Shown: positions 40,148-50,381, counted from the stretch's first letter. The stretch is DNA of 64,000 nt from a virus (IMGVR_UViG_3300025682_000004), one strand, 5' to 3'. Notes: generated by a model not told the origin, from the sequence alone. Numbers and translations: made by a program.

Positions 40148-40770
40148 TAATTAAATTCCAACAACTTCATTAACTTATTTTTATCAGATTGACTTAATTT
40201 ATTAATTAATCCTGCAACTTTTTTTAATTTAATATCCCTAATATCGGATAGTGTTGATTTATTTGTTAAATCACTGTCTATTTTATTATCAACCATCATA
40301 TCTTCTTTAACATAATCTTCATCAATATTTTTAATTGGTTTTACTGTATTTTTTAAATAATCATCAAAAATTTTCATTATTTTGTTAACCCAAATTTCTT
40401 CTTCTTTTATATCATTAGAATATTTTTTTTTATTTACAAATAATCTATAATCGGATTTTAATTTATTTGGATTTTTATAGTAATGCTTAATTACATTAAA
40501 TGTTTTTTCTTGCATTAACTCTATTAAATCGTTAACCAATTTATCTTGTTTTTCATCACTATCTTCACCTTCCATAAAAGGCATTAATGTAAAACCAAAA
40601 CGACCCAACATATCATATCTATATGGTTGAGTTCCAATTCTACTATTATAATCAGTAGTGTTATTTGCTTGTGATTCTAAATCAGAACCATTTGTTGGTA
40701 TTTTTTTTCTACCAATTAATTCACCATCACTATCAATAATTTCAAAAATTTCTTTTTTACTAAATTTCAT
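40147..40770 (-). CDS. Hypothetical protein
   Basis: 207-aa ORF with GTATTTATA upstream (40786-40793). Confidence 0.65.
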   Translation of the reverse strand: MKFSKKEIFEIIDSDGELIGRKKIPTNGSDLESQANNTTDYNSRIGTQPYRYDMLGRFGFTLMPFMEGEDSDEKQDKLVNDLIELMQEKTFNVIKHYYKNPNKLKSDYRLFVNKKKYSNDIKEEEIWVNKIMKIFDDYLKNTVKPIKNIDEDYVKEDMMVDNKIDSDLTNKSTLSDIRDIKLKKVAGLINKLSQSDKNKLMKLLEFN

Positions 40771-40827
40771 ATTTATATTTTTTATATAAATACTATAAGA
40801 AATTGTGTTTGAAATATTAAAACGATT

Positions 40828-43800
40828 CTAATAATCGTCAAAATTTTCACCCATAGATTCTTCTAATTTTCTTGTTTCAACATATGTTTCAAATGCATCT
40901 TTTGCATTTTCAACTTCATTAAAAAGTTTTTCCATTGTATATTCTTCTGAAAGATTAAAATCTTTTTTGAAATCAAGAAAATATTGTTTTGTTTTTTCTA
41001 ATTCACGTTCATTGCTTTCTTTTTTTGCTCTATCAATAATATCGAAAACTTCTAAATTATCCAAATTCTTTTTTTGGTTTTCTTTTCTTATTCTATCCAA
41101 TTCCAATTCAAAATCAGATTTTGGTATATCAACATTGTTTCTAACAATTTTTAAAAAAATTCCATTGTATAAACCCAAATGATATTTATCATCATCTTTA
41201 ATTAAAACTAAATCACCATTATCGTAATTTGAATTTATAGACTTAATTTTCGATTTATTTGCTTTAATCATCTTATCATTTAAATATTTTAAAGCATTAT
41301 CATAAATTTCATAATGAACTTTATAATTTTCATGCATTTTAAAACCATTCCAAATTAATCTAGGGTCATATCCCGTTTTATTCCAAAAATCAACTTCCAT
41401 TTTTTCTAAAAACATTGATTCGTTTAAATCATCATTATCAAAATTTCTTAATTTAATATCATCTTTTATTGGATTAATATCATTTTTAATCAATTCACCC
41501 TTACTATTTATTTTTATTAATATTTTTTGTCTTATTTCAGGATTAAAACCAACTAAAATACTTTCAACCCGTTTATTAAATGCATCTAAATATTTTTCAA
41601 CATTATATTCACCTAACATATTAGGATTTTCAACTAATTCTTCTTTATTAATTAAAACCGCACAAAATCTTTCTTCACCTGTTTTTTTATCAATAATCCT
41701 TCTTGAATCACCATGTGATTTTTTATATCCACGATTAACATAATATATCATACTATCCAATTCGGGTTCTGGTGGCATATAATTAGAAACATATTTTAAT
41801 TTTTCTTTAATTGTTAATTCTTTATTAATGTTTTCTAAATTAAATTTGTTTTTGTGTATTTCAAACAATTCATTTACTAATTTTTCCCTATTTTCAATTA
41901 TCAATTCCATATGGGCTTGCATACCCTTATCCCTACCATTTTTATCTTTACCTCTTTTATTATATTCTTTAATGGTTAATTTAATCCTACTCTTACTTGC
42001 TATTTTCTTTAATGGAATTCTCATATAAAAAATATCATCAACATATTGATTATAATATTCAATAAATTCTTTTTCTTTTCCATTTAAAATTAAATTAATT
42101 CCATTATCAATAAAATCTTCAATATATTCTGGCATTGTTTTAGATTTTATCGTATTACCTGTTAATTTAACAACATTTTTCATTTCATTAGTTTTTTTAT
42201 CTTTTTTCTTTGTTAATGTTGCATAATTAATACGTGATAAATTCAAACAAGAAATATTTTCCATATCATTATCTACTGACATATATGGTGGTTTCATTTC
42301 TTCTTTATTATATTTTTTTATTAGTGCATCAATACCCTTTTCATCATCAAAAACCCACATATTTTCAATAATATCCTCATTTTGATTATATTCAACAATA
42401 TCATTGATAATACGAATTGTTGTTTTATTAGGTATTTTAAAATTAATACCATCCGTTACTGCCAACAAAGGAATACAACCAAAATCATTAAACCATTTTA
42501 TTGCATGTCTTAATTGAATTCTACCAATACAAGTAATACGTGCTGCACATACATTATCTGACCAATTAAATGAAATATTTGAACCCAATGCACCAAACAA
42601 TGAATTATTTAATATTTTTAATGGTAATTGTTTAATTTTTGAAATTGAAACATCACTATCTTTTAATATACCATTCATATATTTAATATATAATTCAAAA
42701 TCAATTTCTTTTAATAATGAAAGTTCGTCATCTTTCATTTTAATACCAGAACCTAATTTTTTATATATATTACGTGTTGATGTTAAATATAGTAACATTT
42801 TTTTCATCACACCAGTAATATCAAAAAATGGAAAAACATTATCTGTCAATTGAATCATTGGGTATAGGGAACTATAGTCAATTTTTATTATTCGTTCAGT
42901 ATATCCTGTTTTATAACATCTAGCCAAACCACCACTAAATCTTTCATTTTCATCACATATCGGTATTGCCAAACCATTTTCATAACTCCATGCCGTTAAC
43001 AATAAATTCCAAATTGAAGCAGTACCCATTGTACAAATACGTAAAAAGGTAGTTGGAACTATTTTTGCAAGCATAAAAGAGGTTTGATTATATAATTCAT
43101 CCACTTGTTCCGTTTCCCATAAATCATCTAATAAATATTGTTTTACTATTCTCTTACCATTAATAAAATTAAACATTTTATTTTTTTTAGTAAAATTTCT
43201 ATACCAATCAACAAAATTTTTATTATTATCTAAACACCTCTTTTTTCTTTCTTTGTATTCTTCATCAGATATCTTACTTTTTTCTATTTGTAATTTAAGC
43301 AACAATTCACCAATTTTTTGATATTCATTGGGTAATTCATAATATTCATTACTTTCATTAATTAAAAATATTTTATTTTCATTATAATACTTACCAATCA
43401 TATTATCTTCACCCTTAATATATGTTCTATTTGGTTTTGAAATGTTTTCAAAATTAGCAACATATTTCAATCCAGTTGCTCTTAAATCACTATTTACCGC
43501 AGCAGTACGTTTTGCTGCATGTAAGGTATCAATTATTGAATAACCCCACATATCAGTTGATGTATATTTTTCAGTAGAACCACCAATTTTTACCGTACTA
43601 TTTCCTTTTCTTTTTATTGAAATTGATTGATTTAAACTTGTGGGTATTTTTGATAAATCCATATTCAAAATTTTAGCCCTACCTAAAATAAAATCAAAAT
43701 CAAACATTTCAGAGTTATAACCAACAATAATTGCGGGTTTTAAATAATTAATTAAATTAAAAAAATCTTGAATTATTTGTATTTCTGATAAATCATCATC

Positions 43801-44466
43801 ATTTTCTTTAACACTTAGTATTGTTTCAAAACCCATATTATCCCTAATACCAATTGCAAAAATTCTTGATGTTTGATACCTTAATCCCGTAGTTTCAATA
43901 TCGAATGTTAACTTATGTATTCTTTTATATTCTTCAATACCCTTATATAATCTACTTTGAGTAGAAATAAAAAATTGTTCAGTTGTTCTTACACCATAAA
44001 ACATATCTCTATGTGAATATATATAATCGCCATTACTGTCTCTAACAAAATTACCATCATCATCTACCAATTTTTCATATGGATTTATACCACCATCTTT
44101 TAAATAATTAATAATATCGTTATAAGAACGATTACTTGTTATCATATAACAATATCCATCAACCAATCTTTTTTGATTACCTGTTTCTAGTTTTTTTATT
44201 TTTATACCGTATTTAATTCGTTTGCTTTCAACCAATTCATCTGATTTACCCATATATAATTTTATGTTATTTTTAGATAAATCTTTCATATATAAAAATG
44301 GTTCATATTGGATTTTTTCAATACGTGGTTCTTGATTTGGTTCATGTATTATACATTCAGCATAATTTGTTCTAGGGTCTGTTTCAACATTAACAATATA
44401 TTTTAAATCATTATTATAACCCTCAAGAAAACTCTTAATTTCACTTAATACTTTACTTTTATCCAT
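40828..44466 (-). CDS. polB: Family B DNA polymerase
   Basis: ExoI FDIETTG, ExoII GYNSEMFDF, ExoIII YLLDD, motif A IDYSSLYP, motif B KILNNSLFG, motif C variant LAVTDG. Confidence 0.93.
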   Translation of the reverse strand: MDKSKVLSEIKSFLEGYNNDLKYIVNVETDPRTNYAECIIHEPNQEPRIEKIQYEPFLYMKDLSKNNIKLYMGKSDELVESKRIKYGIKIKKLETGNQKRLVDGYCYMITSNRSYNDIINYLKDGGINPYEKLVDDDGNFVRDSNGDYIYSHRDMFYGVRTTEQFFISTQSRLYKGIEEYKRIHKLTFDIETTGLRYQTSRIFAIGIRDNMGFETILSVKENDDDLSEIQIIQDFFNLINYLKPAIIVGYNSEMFDFDFILGRAKILNMDLSKIPTSLNQSISIKRKGNSTVKIGGSTEKYTSTDMWGYSIIDTLHAAKRTAAVNSDLRATGLKYVANFENISKPNRTYIKGEDNMIGKYYNENKIFLINESNEYYELPNEYQKIGELLLKLQIEKSKISDEEYKERKKRCLDNNKNFVDWYRNFTKKNKMFNFINGKRIVKQYLLDDLWETEQVDELYNQTSFMLAKIVPTTFLRICTMGTASIWNLLLTAWSYENGLAIPICDENERFSGGLARCYKTGYTERIIKIDYSSLYPMIQLTDNVFPFFDITGVMKKMLLYLTSTRNIYKKLGSGIKMKDDELSLLKEIDFELYIKYMNGILKDSDVSISKIKQLPLKILNNSLFGALGSNISFNWSDNVCAARITCIGRIQLRHAIKWFNDFGCIPLLAVTDGINFKIPNKTTIRIINDIVEYNQNEDIIENMWVFDDEKGIDALIKKYNKEEMKPPYMSVDNDMENISCLNLSRINYATLTKKKDKKTNEMKNVVKLTGNTIKSKTMPEYIEDFIDNGINLILNGKEKEFIEYYNQYVDDIFYMRIPLKKIASKSRIKLTIKEYNKRGKDKNGRDKGMQAHMELIIENREKLVNELFEIHKNKFNLENINKELTIKEKLKYVSNYMPPEPELDSMIYYVNRGYKKSHGDSRRIIDKKTGEERFCAVLINKEELVENPNMLGEYNVEKYLDAFNKRVESILVGFNPEIRQKILIKINSKGELIKNDINPIKDDIKLRNFDNDDLNESMFLEKMEVDFWNKTGYDPRLIWNGFKMHENYKVHYEIYDNALKYLNDKMIKANKSKIKSINSNYDNGDLVLIKDDDKYHLGLYNGIFLKIVRNNVDIPKSDFELELDRIRKENQKKNLDNLEVFDIIDRAKKESNERELEKTKQYFLDFKKDFNLSEEYTMEKLFNEVENAKDAFETYVETRKLEESMGENFDDY

Positions 44467-44824
44467 TTTTTTTCTTTTTATAGGTAAGACGTTTTGTTTT
44501 TTTATTAAATTTAATAACTACATTATCAACTAAACACTGATTTTTATCAATCAAATCATAAACATTTTCAGGAAAAATACCAGACAACCATAATGCACTA
44601 ATAAAATTTTTTGGAATTACTTTAATATAAACATTATCCCCCTTTATATCAAAATCCAAAAATACAATATTTTCCCCAACTCCTTTGTTTTTTTGTAAAA
44701 TTTGAACAAAAGTCGCATGAGTTTTTGTTAAAACATCCTTATTCGATAAATCAATATTATTAAAAATTAAATACAATAAATAATTTTCAATAAAATTATT
44801 ACTAACTTGAAATTTACTTCCCAT
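44459..44824 (-). CDS. Hypothetical protein
   Basis: 121-aa ORF coupled between the helicase and polymerase genes. Confidence 0.6.
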   Translation of the reverse strand: MGSKFQVSNNFIENYLLYLIFNNIDLSNKDVLTKTHATFVQILQKNKGVGENIVFLDFDIKGDNVYIKVIPKNFISALWLSGIFPENVYDLIDKNQCLVDNVVIKFNKKTKRLTYKKKKNG

Positions 44825-47462
44825 ATTTACTTTTTATTTTCTCAATAACATCACTCAACACCGATTCTTCAACATTTGATGTATATTTTTCATTATCCAA
44901 CACTTTTATAATTTCTTCACGTTTAGTTTCAATTTTTGAATAAACATAATCATCTATTGTATCTAAAAATATTAATGGATATATATTTACAACATCCTTT
45001 TGACCAATTCTATGACATCTATCTGCTGCTTGGTCATATTCACCAACACTATATGGTAAAGTCATAATAAATAACTTACTTGCTGCTGTTAATGTCAATC
45101 CATAATTACTTGTTTGAATCGTACCTAAAAAGATTTTCATTTGATTATTTGGGTCTTGAAATGAATTAACAACATCTGAACGTTCTTCAATACTTTGATT
45201 ACCTGTATGTAAACCCGCCAAATTTCCAAAATATTTTTTTAATTCATATAGTGATTCTTTAAAATAATCCATAATAATCACCTTTTCACCAGTTTCTATA
45301 ATATTTTCAACCAATTCTATAATATGTTTTATTTTAACTTCCGATAAATATTGTCTTAATCGAAGCATTATAGTTAATGGATTATAACTTGGTTTATCAA
45401 TAAAATCGTTAACAACATCCTGTTCAATTTTATTATAGGTTGATAATTCATCATTTGTTAATTCTAATACAATTCTTTGATATATTTTATCAGGTAAATC
45501 ATTCAATACTTCAAATTTTCTTTTTCTATGAGTATATGGTGCTATTTTATAGTAAAGTTCTTCAAATTTTTGTTCCATTGTATTTTGAACATAACCCCAA
45601 CCATTTTCAAAATCATATGTCATACCACAATAATATTCATAAAAATATTTTTTTGTTGGAAAATCAATTGATGATATTTGATTTAAAACAGTATATAATT
45701 CATATGCTCTATTTGGTGCTGGTGTTCCACTTAAAAATAATTTACTAACTTTTTTATTTTTAAAAATGCCTTCTTTGAAAATTCTTTTAAAATTTTTATA
45801 AATATTTGTTTTTGTGTTCTTTAATTTTTGTGATTCATCACAAATTAAAACATCTATATTATTAATATTTAATTTATTCCATTTTAAATCAAATTTAGTT
45901 TTATTAGATGGATTAAAAAAATCATAGTTTATTATAATATATTTTGCTTCATTAATATCACAATCATTTTTTTTATAATTAACTACAAAAGCATTACTTT
46001 TTGTGAATTTCTTTACTTCATTAAGATAATTAAATTTTAATGAATTGGGTGTTATAACAACAACCCTTTCAAATTTATTCATTTCAACATAAAGAATACT
46101 AGATAACGTATTATGTGTTAAAATACAATGATTAGTTGCATATAGATGATTATCACAATCAACAGATATACATTGTGATTCTTTTTTACCAATATATTTA
46201 ACATCAACAATTAAACGATATGGTTGTATAATAAATTTATATTTATTTTTTATTTTTTTTGGCATAAAATCAAATGGTAGTGTAATTCTAATTAATTTAT
46301 CATCAACTATTTTACCAATACCACCCAAACTTTCAACCACAAATTGAACATCTTTAATTAACAATGTAGATTCTGATTCAAAAATAATTTCATTTCTAAT
46401 ATGAATATATTCACAATTTTCCAACAAACCATTTAATAGTTCAAACCTATCATCAATATTTGAATACATATAATCATTTGGAATAAAACTGTTTTTAGAA
46501 TTAATTTTATGTAATTCATAAAATTTTAATGATGCTTCAATTTGACCATCAGATATTTTTAAAAACTTTTGATTAAAATCACCACAATACAATAGCAAAC
46601 CTAAATTATATGGCTTAATTAAAAGATTTCTTTTTTCAAATGATATTGGTTTTATCATTGGAATTTCCCAACAATAAAAATTATTATTATCCACAATACC
46701 AAAATTTATAATATCTTCTAATGTTTTAACAACATATTTACTATTGTTAATATTTTTTACTTTCCAATAATGTTCAAGACATGATTTAGCAATTGTTCCA
46801 TCACTAAATTCAATTTCGTAAATATCTTTTAAACCTTGTGGATAAACACCAGTTACTTTTTTTGGTAATCCATCGTAACCAATAACATAATCACCAACAT
46901 TAACATCGCCCATTCTAATCCAACCATTTGGTGTTAATAATAATGAATCTAAATCTTGGGCTTTACCCAATCCCATTTCATGTGAAATTAAAGCATTACG
47001 TGTAGAATTTATAAATAATGCTGCAACTATTTGATGTGGATATAATTTAACATTTTCATTTAAATAACTATGACATTCATCCCAATACTTTTCATAATTA
47101 TTTTCTAATTCTTTTTTATATTCAATCCATTTTTCCTTCTTTTTATTTAATAAAATAATTTCTTCACGTTTTTTATTTTCAAGTAATTTTATTTTATTTA
47201 CTTGTTCCTTAAAAACATTTCGTGAATTTTCATCACCGAAATCAAAAAAAATTTTATCAGAATTTTTATATGATTTAATTAATTTAAATAACGATTGGGT
47301 AGTTATTTCCCATTTTTTTAAACCACCATTCCACTTACGTGTTTCTTCTGGTAATTTTTTTATTCTACCAACAATTTGTTCATTATATGGAAAATCTATA
47401 TAATAGGCTTGTCGTCTACCAATTCTTTCACAAGTAACAACAAATAAAAATTTAGATTGCAT
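44814..47462 (-). CDS. SNF2-family helicase/ATPase (HARP-like N-terminus), intein-interrupted
   Basis: LYPHQ, HEMGLGK/T, ICDESQKLK, LSGTPAPN, GLTLTAAS, QAADRCHRIGQ. Confidence 0.92.
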   Translation of the reverse strand: MQSKFLFVVTCERIGRRQAYYIDFPYNEQIVGRIKKLPEETRKWNGGLKKWEITTQSLFKLIKSYKNSDKIFFDFGDENSRNVFKEQVNKIKLLENKKREEIILLNKKKEKWIEYKKELENNYEKYWDECHSYLNENVKLYPHQIVAALFINSTRNALISHEMGLGKAQDLDSLLLTPNGWIRMGDVNVGDYVIGYDGLPKKVTGVYPQGLKDIYEIEFSDGTIAKSCLEHYWKVKNINNSKYVVKTLEDIINFGIVDNNNFYCWEIPMIKPISFEKRNLLIKPYNLGLLLYCGDFNQKFLKISDGQIEASLKFYELHKINSKNSFIPNDYMYSNIDDRFELLNGLLENCEYIHIRNEIIFESESTLLIKDVQFVVESLGGIGKIVDDKLIRITLPFDFMPKKIKNKYKFIIQPYRLIVDVKYIGKKESQCISVDCDNHLYATNHCILTHNTLSSILYVEMNKFERVVVITPNSLKFNYLNEVKKFTKSNAFVVNYKKNDCDINEAKYIIINYDFFNPSNKTKFDLKWNKLNINNIDVLICDESQKLKNTKTNIYKNFKRIFKEGIFKNKKVSKLFLSGTPAPNRAYELYTVLNQISSIDFPTKKYFYEYYCGMTYDFENGWGYVQNTMEQKFEELYYKIAPYTHRKRKFEVLNDLPDKIYQRIVLELTNDELSTYNKIEQDVVNDFIDKPSYNPLTIMLRLRQYLSEVKIKHIIELVENIIETGEKVIIMDYFKESLYELKKYFGNLAGLHTGNQSIEERSDVVNSFQDPNNQMKIFLGTIQTSNYGLTLTAASKLFIMTLPYSVGEYDQAADRCHRIGQKDVVNIYPLIFLDTIDDYVYSKIETKREEIIKVLDNEKYTSNVEESVLSDVIEKIKSKYGK
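46110..46961 (-). mobile_element. Ala1 intein (284 aa) with class 3 WCT signature and a degenerate LAGLIDADG-like region
   Basis: Starts AQDLDSLLLTPNGW after the Walker A Lys. Block B CLEHYW, block F SQCISVD, block G ILTHN followed by Thr+1. Confidence 0.9.
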
Positions 47463-47491
47463 AACCCAATTTTATAAAATTAATTAGATTA

Positions 47492-47499
47492 GCAAAAAT
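47492..47499 (-). promoter_or_regulatory. TAnnTTTG -7 element upstream of the helicase-polB operon
   Basis: TATTTTTG on the minus strand, 29 nt upstream of the ATG at 47462. Confidence 0.5.
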
Positions 47500-47523
47500 A
47501 AACATTGTTTTTTAAAAAAACAA

Positions 47524-47940
47524 TTATTCTACTGTTGTTTTTGTTAAACTATCAAAAATTACAATTGAAATATTACCATTTGTTGGTATTGTTATCTTAC
47601 CACAACCAACATCGTTATCCAAAAAATCTAATTTAAATTCACCAAAAAATCTACCAATTTTTGAAGTTTCAAACTCTTTAAATCTATATGTTAATGTGTA
47701 TTTTTCTTCATCAGGATAATTCATTCTATCATCATTAATAACAAGATTTGCTGATACATTTGCAATATGAAAAATACCATAACTATCTATCATTGAAAAT
47801 GTAACACCAACATTATCCAACATATCTTCTGTAATATCATACTGTTCTCTAAAATGCTGTGTTAAAGGATACTTTAATTCTGGTAATGTACTATCCTTTT
47901 TTATATAAAAAGTTTTTAATGTGAATGTACTATAATCCAT
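47524..47940 (-). CDS. BppU-like baseplate/Ig-like protein
   Basis: FYIKKDSTLPELKY...VTFSMID...YRF......G.F.GEF...KITIP pattern. Confidence 0.55.
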   Translation of the reverse strand: MDYSTFTLKTFYIKKDSTLPELKYPLTQHFREQYDITEDMLDNVGVTFSMIDSYGIFHIANVSANLVINDDRMNYPDEEKYTLTYRFKEFETSKIGRFFGEFKLDFLDNDVGCGKITIPTNGNISIVIFDSLTKTTVE

Positions 47941-48326
47941 TATATTTCATTTTCTTTACTTAATTCATCCAATAATTTTTTTCTATCAGCACCAATTGAT
48001 TTTGTTCTTCTTTTTAATGTTGCACCAATTCCATCACCAATTAAACCTAAAGAAACCGCATCAAAATATCCAAATTCATGCCCACTTACTTCATTATAAA
48101 ATCTAAAAAGAATATATGTAGATAAAAATGTACTTAAATACCTTTTCCAATTATCATAAAACCAAAATTTCCAATTCCATTTTTTTGGTGTATTCTTACT
48201 ATGAATATCACGACCTGTAGTTTCAACTAAACTATAAAGAAAATATCCGACAAGAAAAAACCAACCATAACCAAAAAGTTGAATCCACGTATAATCACCA
48301 AACAAAACTCTTATTAATTCTTTCAT
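47940..48326 (-). CDS. Small membrane protein, holin-like
   Basis: Two to three hydrophobic segments and a charged C-terminus. Confidence 0.45.
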   Translation of the reverse strand: MKELIRVLFGDYTWIQLFGYGWFFLVGYFLYSLVETTGRDIHSKNTPKKWNWKFWFYDNWKRYLSTFLSTYILFRFYNEVSGHEFGYFDAVSLGLIGDGIGATLKRRTKSIGADRKKLLDELSKENEI

Positions 48327-48355
48327 TATTTTATTTATTTATTAAATATTATTTT

Positions 48356-48880
48356 TTAACCAATACACCTACCGCTTATTAATACTTTATATTCCAAACC
48401 ATCTTCAGGTGGTTCACCAAATTGTAAACAAACAGTATTTGATGTTGGTCTACTTATATCTACAAAAACTGTATTATATGGACTTACATTACGAACAACC
48501 TCAACCGAAACAAAATTATTATTTTTATTATGTGTAATAGTAAAACCTGTTGTTGTACTATCACCAGTTATTGTATATTCATTTAACAATGCTTTACCGT
48601 ATTCATCAGATAATAATTGTAAATTAGTTCCTGTATATGGTAATATTGGTATTACATCAACATCAGAAGCATTTACTTCAACTAACCCATTTGAACTAAT
48701 AATAATATAATTATCTGTTGTTGTTAATGTAATATTAGTACCACCACTTAATGTTTTTAAATTTAACGTATTATTTGTTAATCCAGTGTATATAATACCA
48801 TTACCAACACCCAAATTGGTTGCACCTGTTATTACACCATCAACAAAACCCGCTTCATTTATAAAAATTGCTTTTGTCAT
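48356..48880 (-). CDS. Tail-fibre-associated protein
   Basis: GATNLGVGNGIIYTG...LNLKTLSGGTNITL module also present in 54855-56816 and 56828-59446. Confidence 0.6.
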   Translation of the reverse strand: MTKAIFINEAGFVDGVITGATNLGVGNGIIYTGLTNNTLNLKTLSGGTNITLTTTDNYIIISSNGLVEVNASDVDVIPILPYTGTNLQLLSDEYGKALLNEYTITGDSTTTGFTITHNKNNNFVSVEVVRNVSPYNTVFVDISRPTSNTVCLQFGEPPEDGLEYKVLISGRCIG

Positions 48881-48883
48881 ATT

Positions 48884-49177
48884 TTAATATATTATACTAT
48901 AATTTTTATATCTTTTACTAGCATTAGTTGAACTTATTCCAGCATTTTTTATCCAATATATTTTTTGTTTAGAATCCCAAGGTACATTAGTACCATTACC
49001 ATCATAATCTGATGTAAACACCTTACCCATTCCATGATTATCTAAAATAGATATTGTTCCACCACTTTTAATTATTAAATTTCCAAATATGTTTGTACAT
49101 CCCGACAAATTTAATGTTTCGGTTGTTAATTGTTCAAACTTACATTCATTTAAATTTAGTTTAGTATCTAACGCCAT
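48884..49177 (-). CDS. Short (possibly truncated) tail-fibre paralog
   Basis: N-terminus KFEQLTTETLNLSG parallels QFKQLSGTTLTLSG (59467) and VDQKGTLTLCG (50382). Confidence 0.5.
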   Translation of the reverse strand: MALDTKLNLNECKFEQLTTETLNLSGCTNIFGNLIIKSGGTISILDNHGMGKVFTSDYDGNGTNVPWDSKQKIYWIKNAGISSTNASKRYKNYSIIY

Positions 49178-49283
49178 AGTTTGTTCAATAAATTAAATTT
49201 TATTTTCAAATAATAATATATTATTCACCATTAATTATAAATACTTTAAAAAATAACACACAATCATCAAAAAGAAATAAAAA

Positions 49284-49307
49284 AAACCCATCGAAATCGA
49301 TAGGTTT
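49284..49307 (-). terminator. Intrinsic terminator
   Basis: Minus-strand AAACCTATCG-ATTT-CGATGGGTTT hairpin plus T-run. Confidence 0.75.
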
Positions 49308-49331
49308 AAGAATAATAAATTGAATTATTGA

Positions 49332-50255
49332 TTATTTTTGTTTATTTACTGCTTCAATGATTTCATCAACATTGAATAAGTTTACTGTATCATATGGAAA
49401 CTGTTGAACTTGACCAGATATATCAAATTGGTCTAAATAACTAAATTTATTTATTTCTCTAACATAATTAGCATTTGGTTTAATGTTAATGTGTTCAGGA
49501 TATCCAAAAACTTCTGGTTTGTTTCCAATCCAAACAACTGTTGATTGTAAATCAAGAGCAGCAGCAACATGTTGTGCAAAACTATCAATAAATAATCTTT
49601 TTGTACTTAACGGAAATACGGCATATAATTCTCTATGTGGTAAATTTAACATTTCAACACCTTGTAAAGTTGGTTGTTCTTGTGATTTAATATGTAAAAT
49701 ACGATATGTTTTATTAAAATGATTTACTATTTTTTGTGCTATTTCAATTGGCATATCTCTATACCAAGATTTTTTACTATATTGTGAATTTGGTGAACCA
49801 CCATGTGTTTGCAATAACATTATCGGTCTATTATCTGGTTTTATTTTATCTTTTGCAATTTCTAATTCACGAGGATTAATATATATTTTCGGTTTATAAC
49901 CATCGTAAGGTATGTTATACATATCACACCAAGATTCAGTTAAATGTTTTCTTTGTAATATATGGTCTTCAGAATGATAAACTTCATGTCTTAATATTAT
50001 TGTATCATCTTTAATATAATCACTGAAAAAATATTGCATTTGACCAAATGTATAAAAACGAAAAACATCGGGATTATAAAAAAACGGTCCGTCCCATGAT
50101 GTAACAACCACCAATTTTCTATCGGGATATTTTTTTTTAATCGCTCTACATACAGCAGTTGCCATACATTGTTTTCCATGCCCACCTTCTGTATGAAATA
50201 TAACATACTTATCATTTTCAGATATTCTATCACTGTTTAATTGAATTTTATCCAT
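49332..50255 (-). CDS. GT9-like (heptosyltransferase-fold) glycosyltransferase
   Basis: EGGHGKQCMATAVCRAIKKKYPDRKL and FIDSFAQHVAAALDLQSTVVW resemble GT9 N- and C-terminal motifs. Confidence 0.7.
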   Translation of the reverse strand: MDKIQLNSDRISENDKYVIFHTEGGHGKQCMATAVCRAIKKKYPDRKLVVVTSWDGPFFYNPDVFRFYTFGQMQYFFSDYIKDDTIILRHEVYHSEDHILQRKHLTESWCDMYNIPYDGYKPKIYINPRELEIAKDKIKPDNRPIMLLQTHGGSPNSQYSKKSWYRDMPIEIAQKIVNHFNKTYRILHIKSQEQPTLQGVEMLNLPHRELYAVFPLSTKRLFIDSFAQHVAAALDLQSTVVWIGNKPEVFGYPEHINIKPNANYVREINKFSYLDQFDISGQVQQFPYDTVNLFNVDEIIEAVNKQK

Positions 50256-50330
50256 AAATTAAATTTATTAAATTTTATAATTTTTTATAAATACAAAAAT
50301 AAATAAAAAAAAACTCAAAAAAAAAAAATA

Positions 50331-50362
50331 AAAAATGGGAAATTATACAATTTCCCATTTTT
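50331..50362 (-). terminator. Intrinsic terminator
   Basis: Perfect 14-bp inverted repeat AAAAATGGGAAATT-ATAC-AATTTCCCATTTTT. Confidence 0.8.
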
Positions 50363-50381
50363 ATAATAAGATAACCTATGG

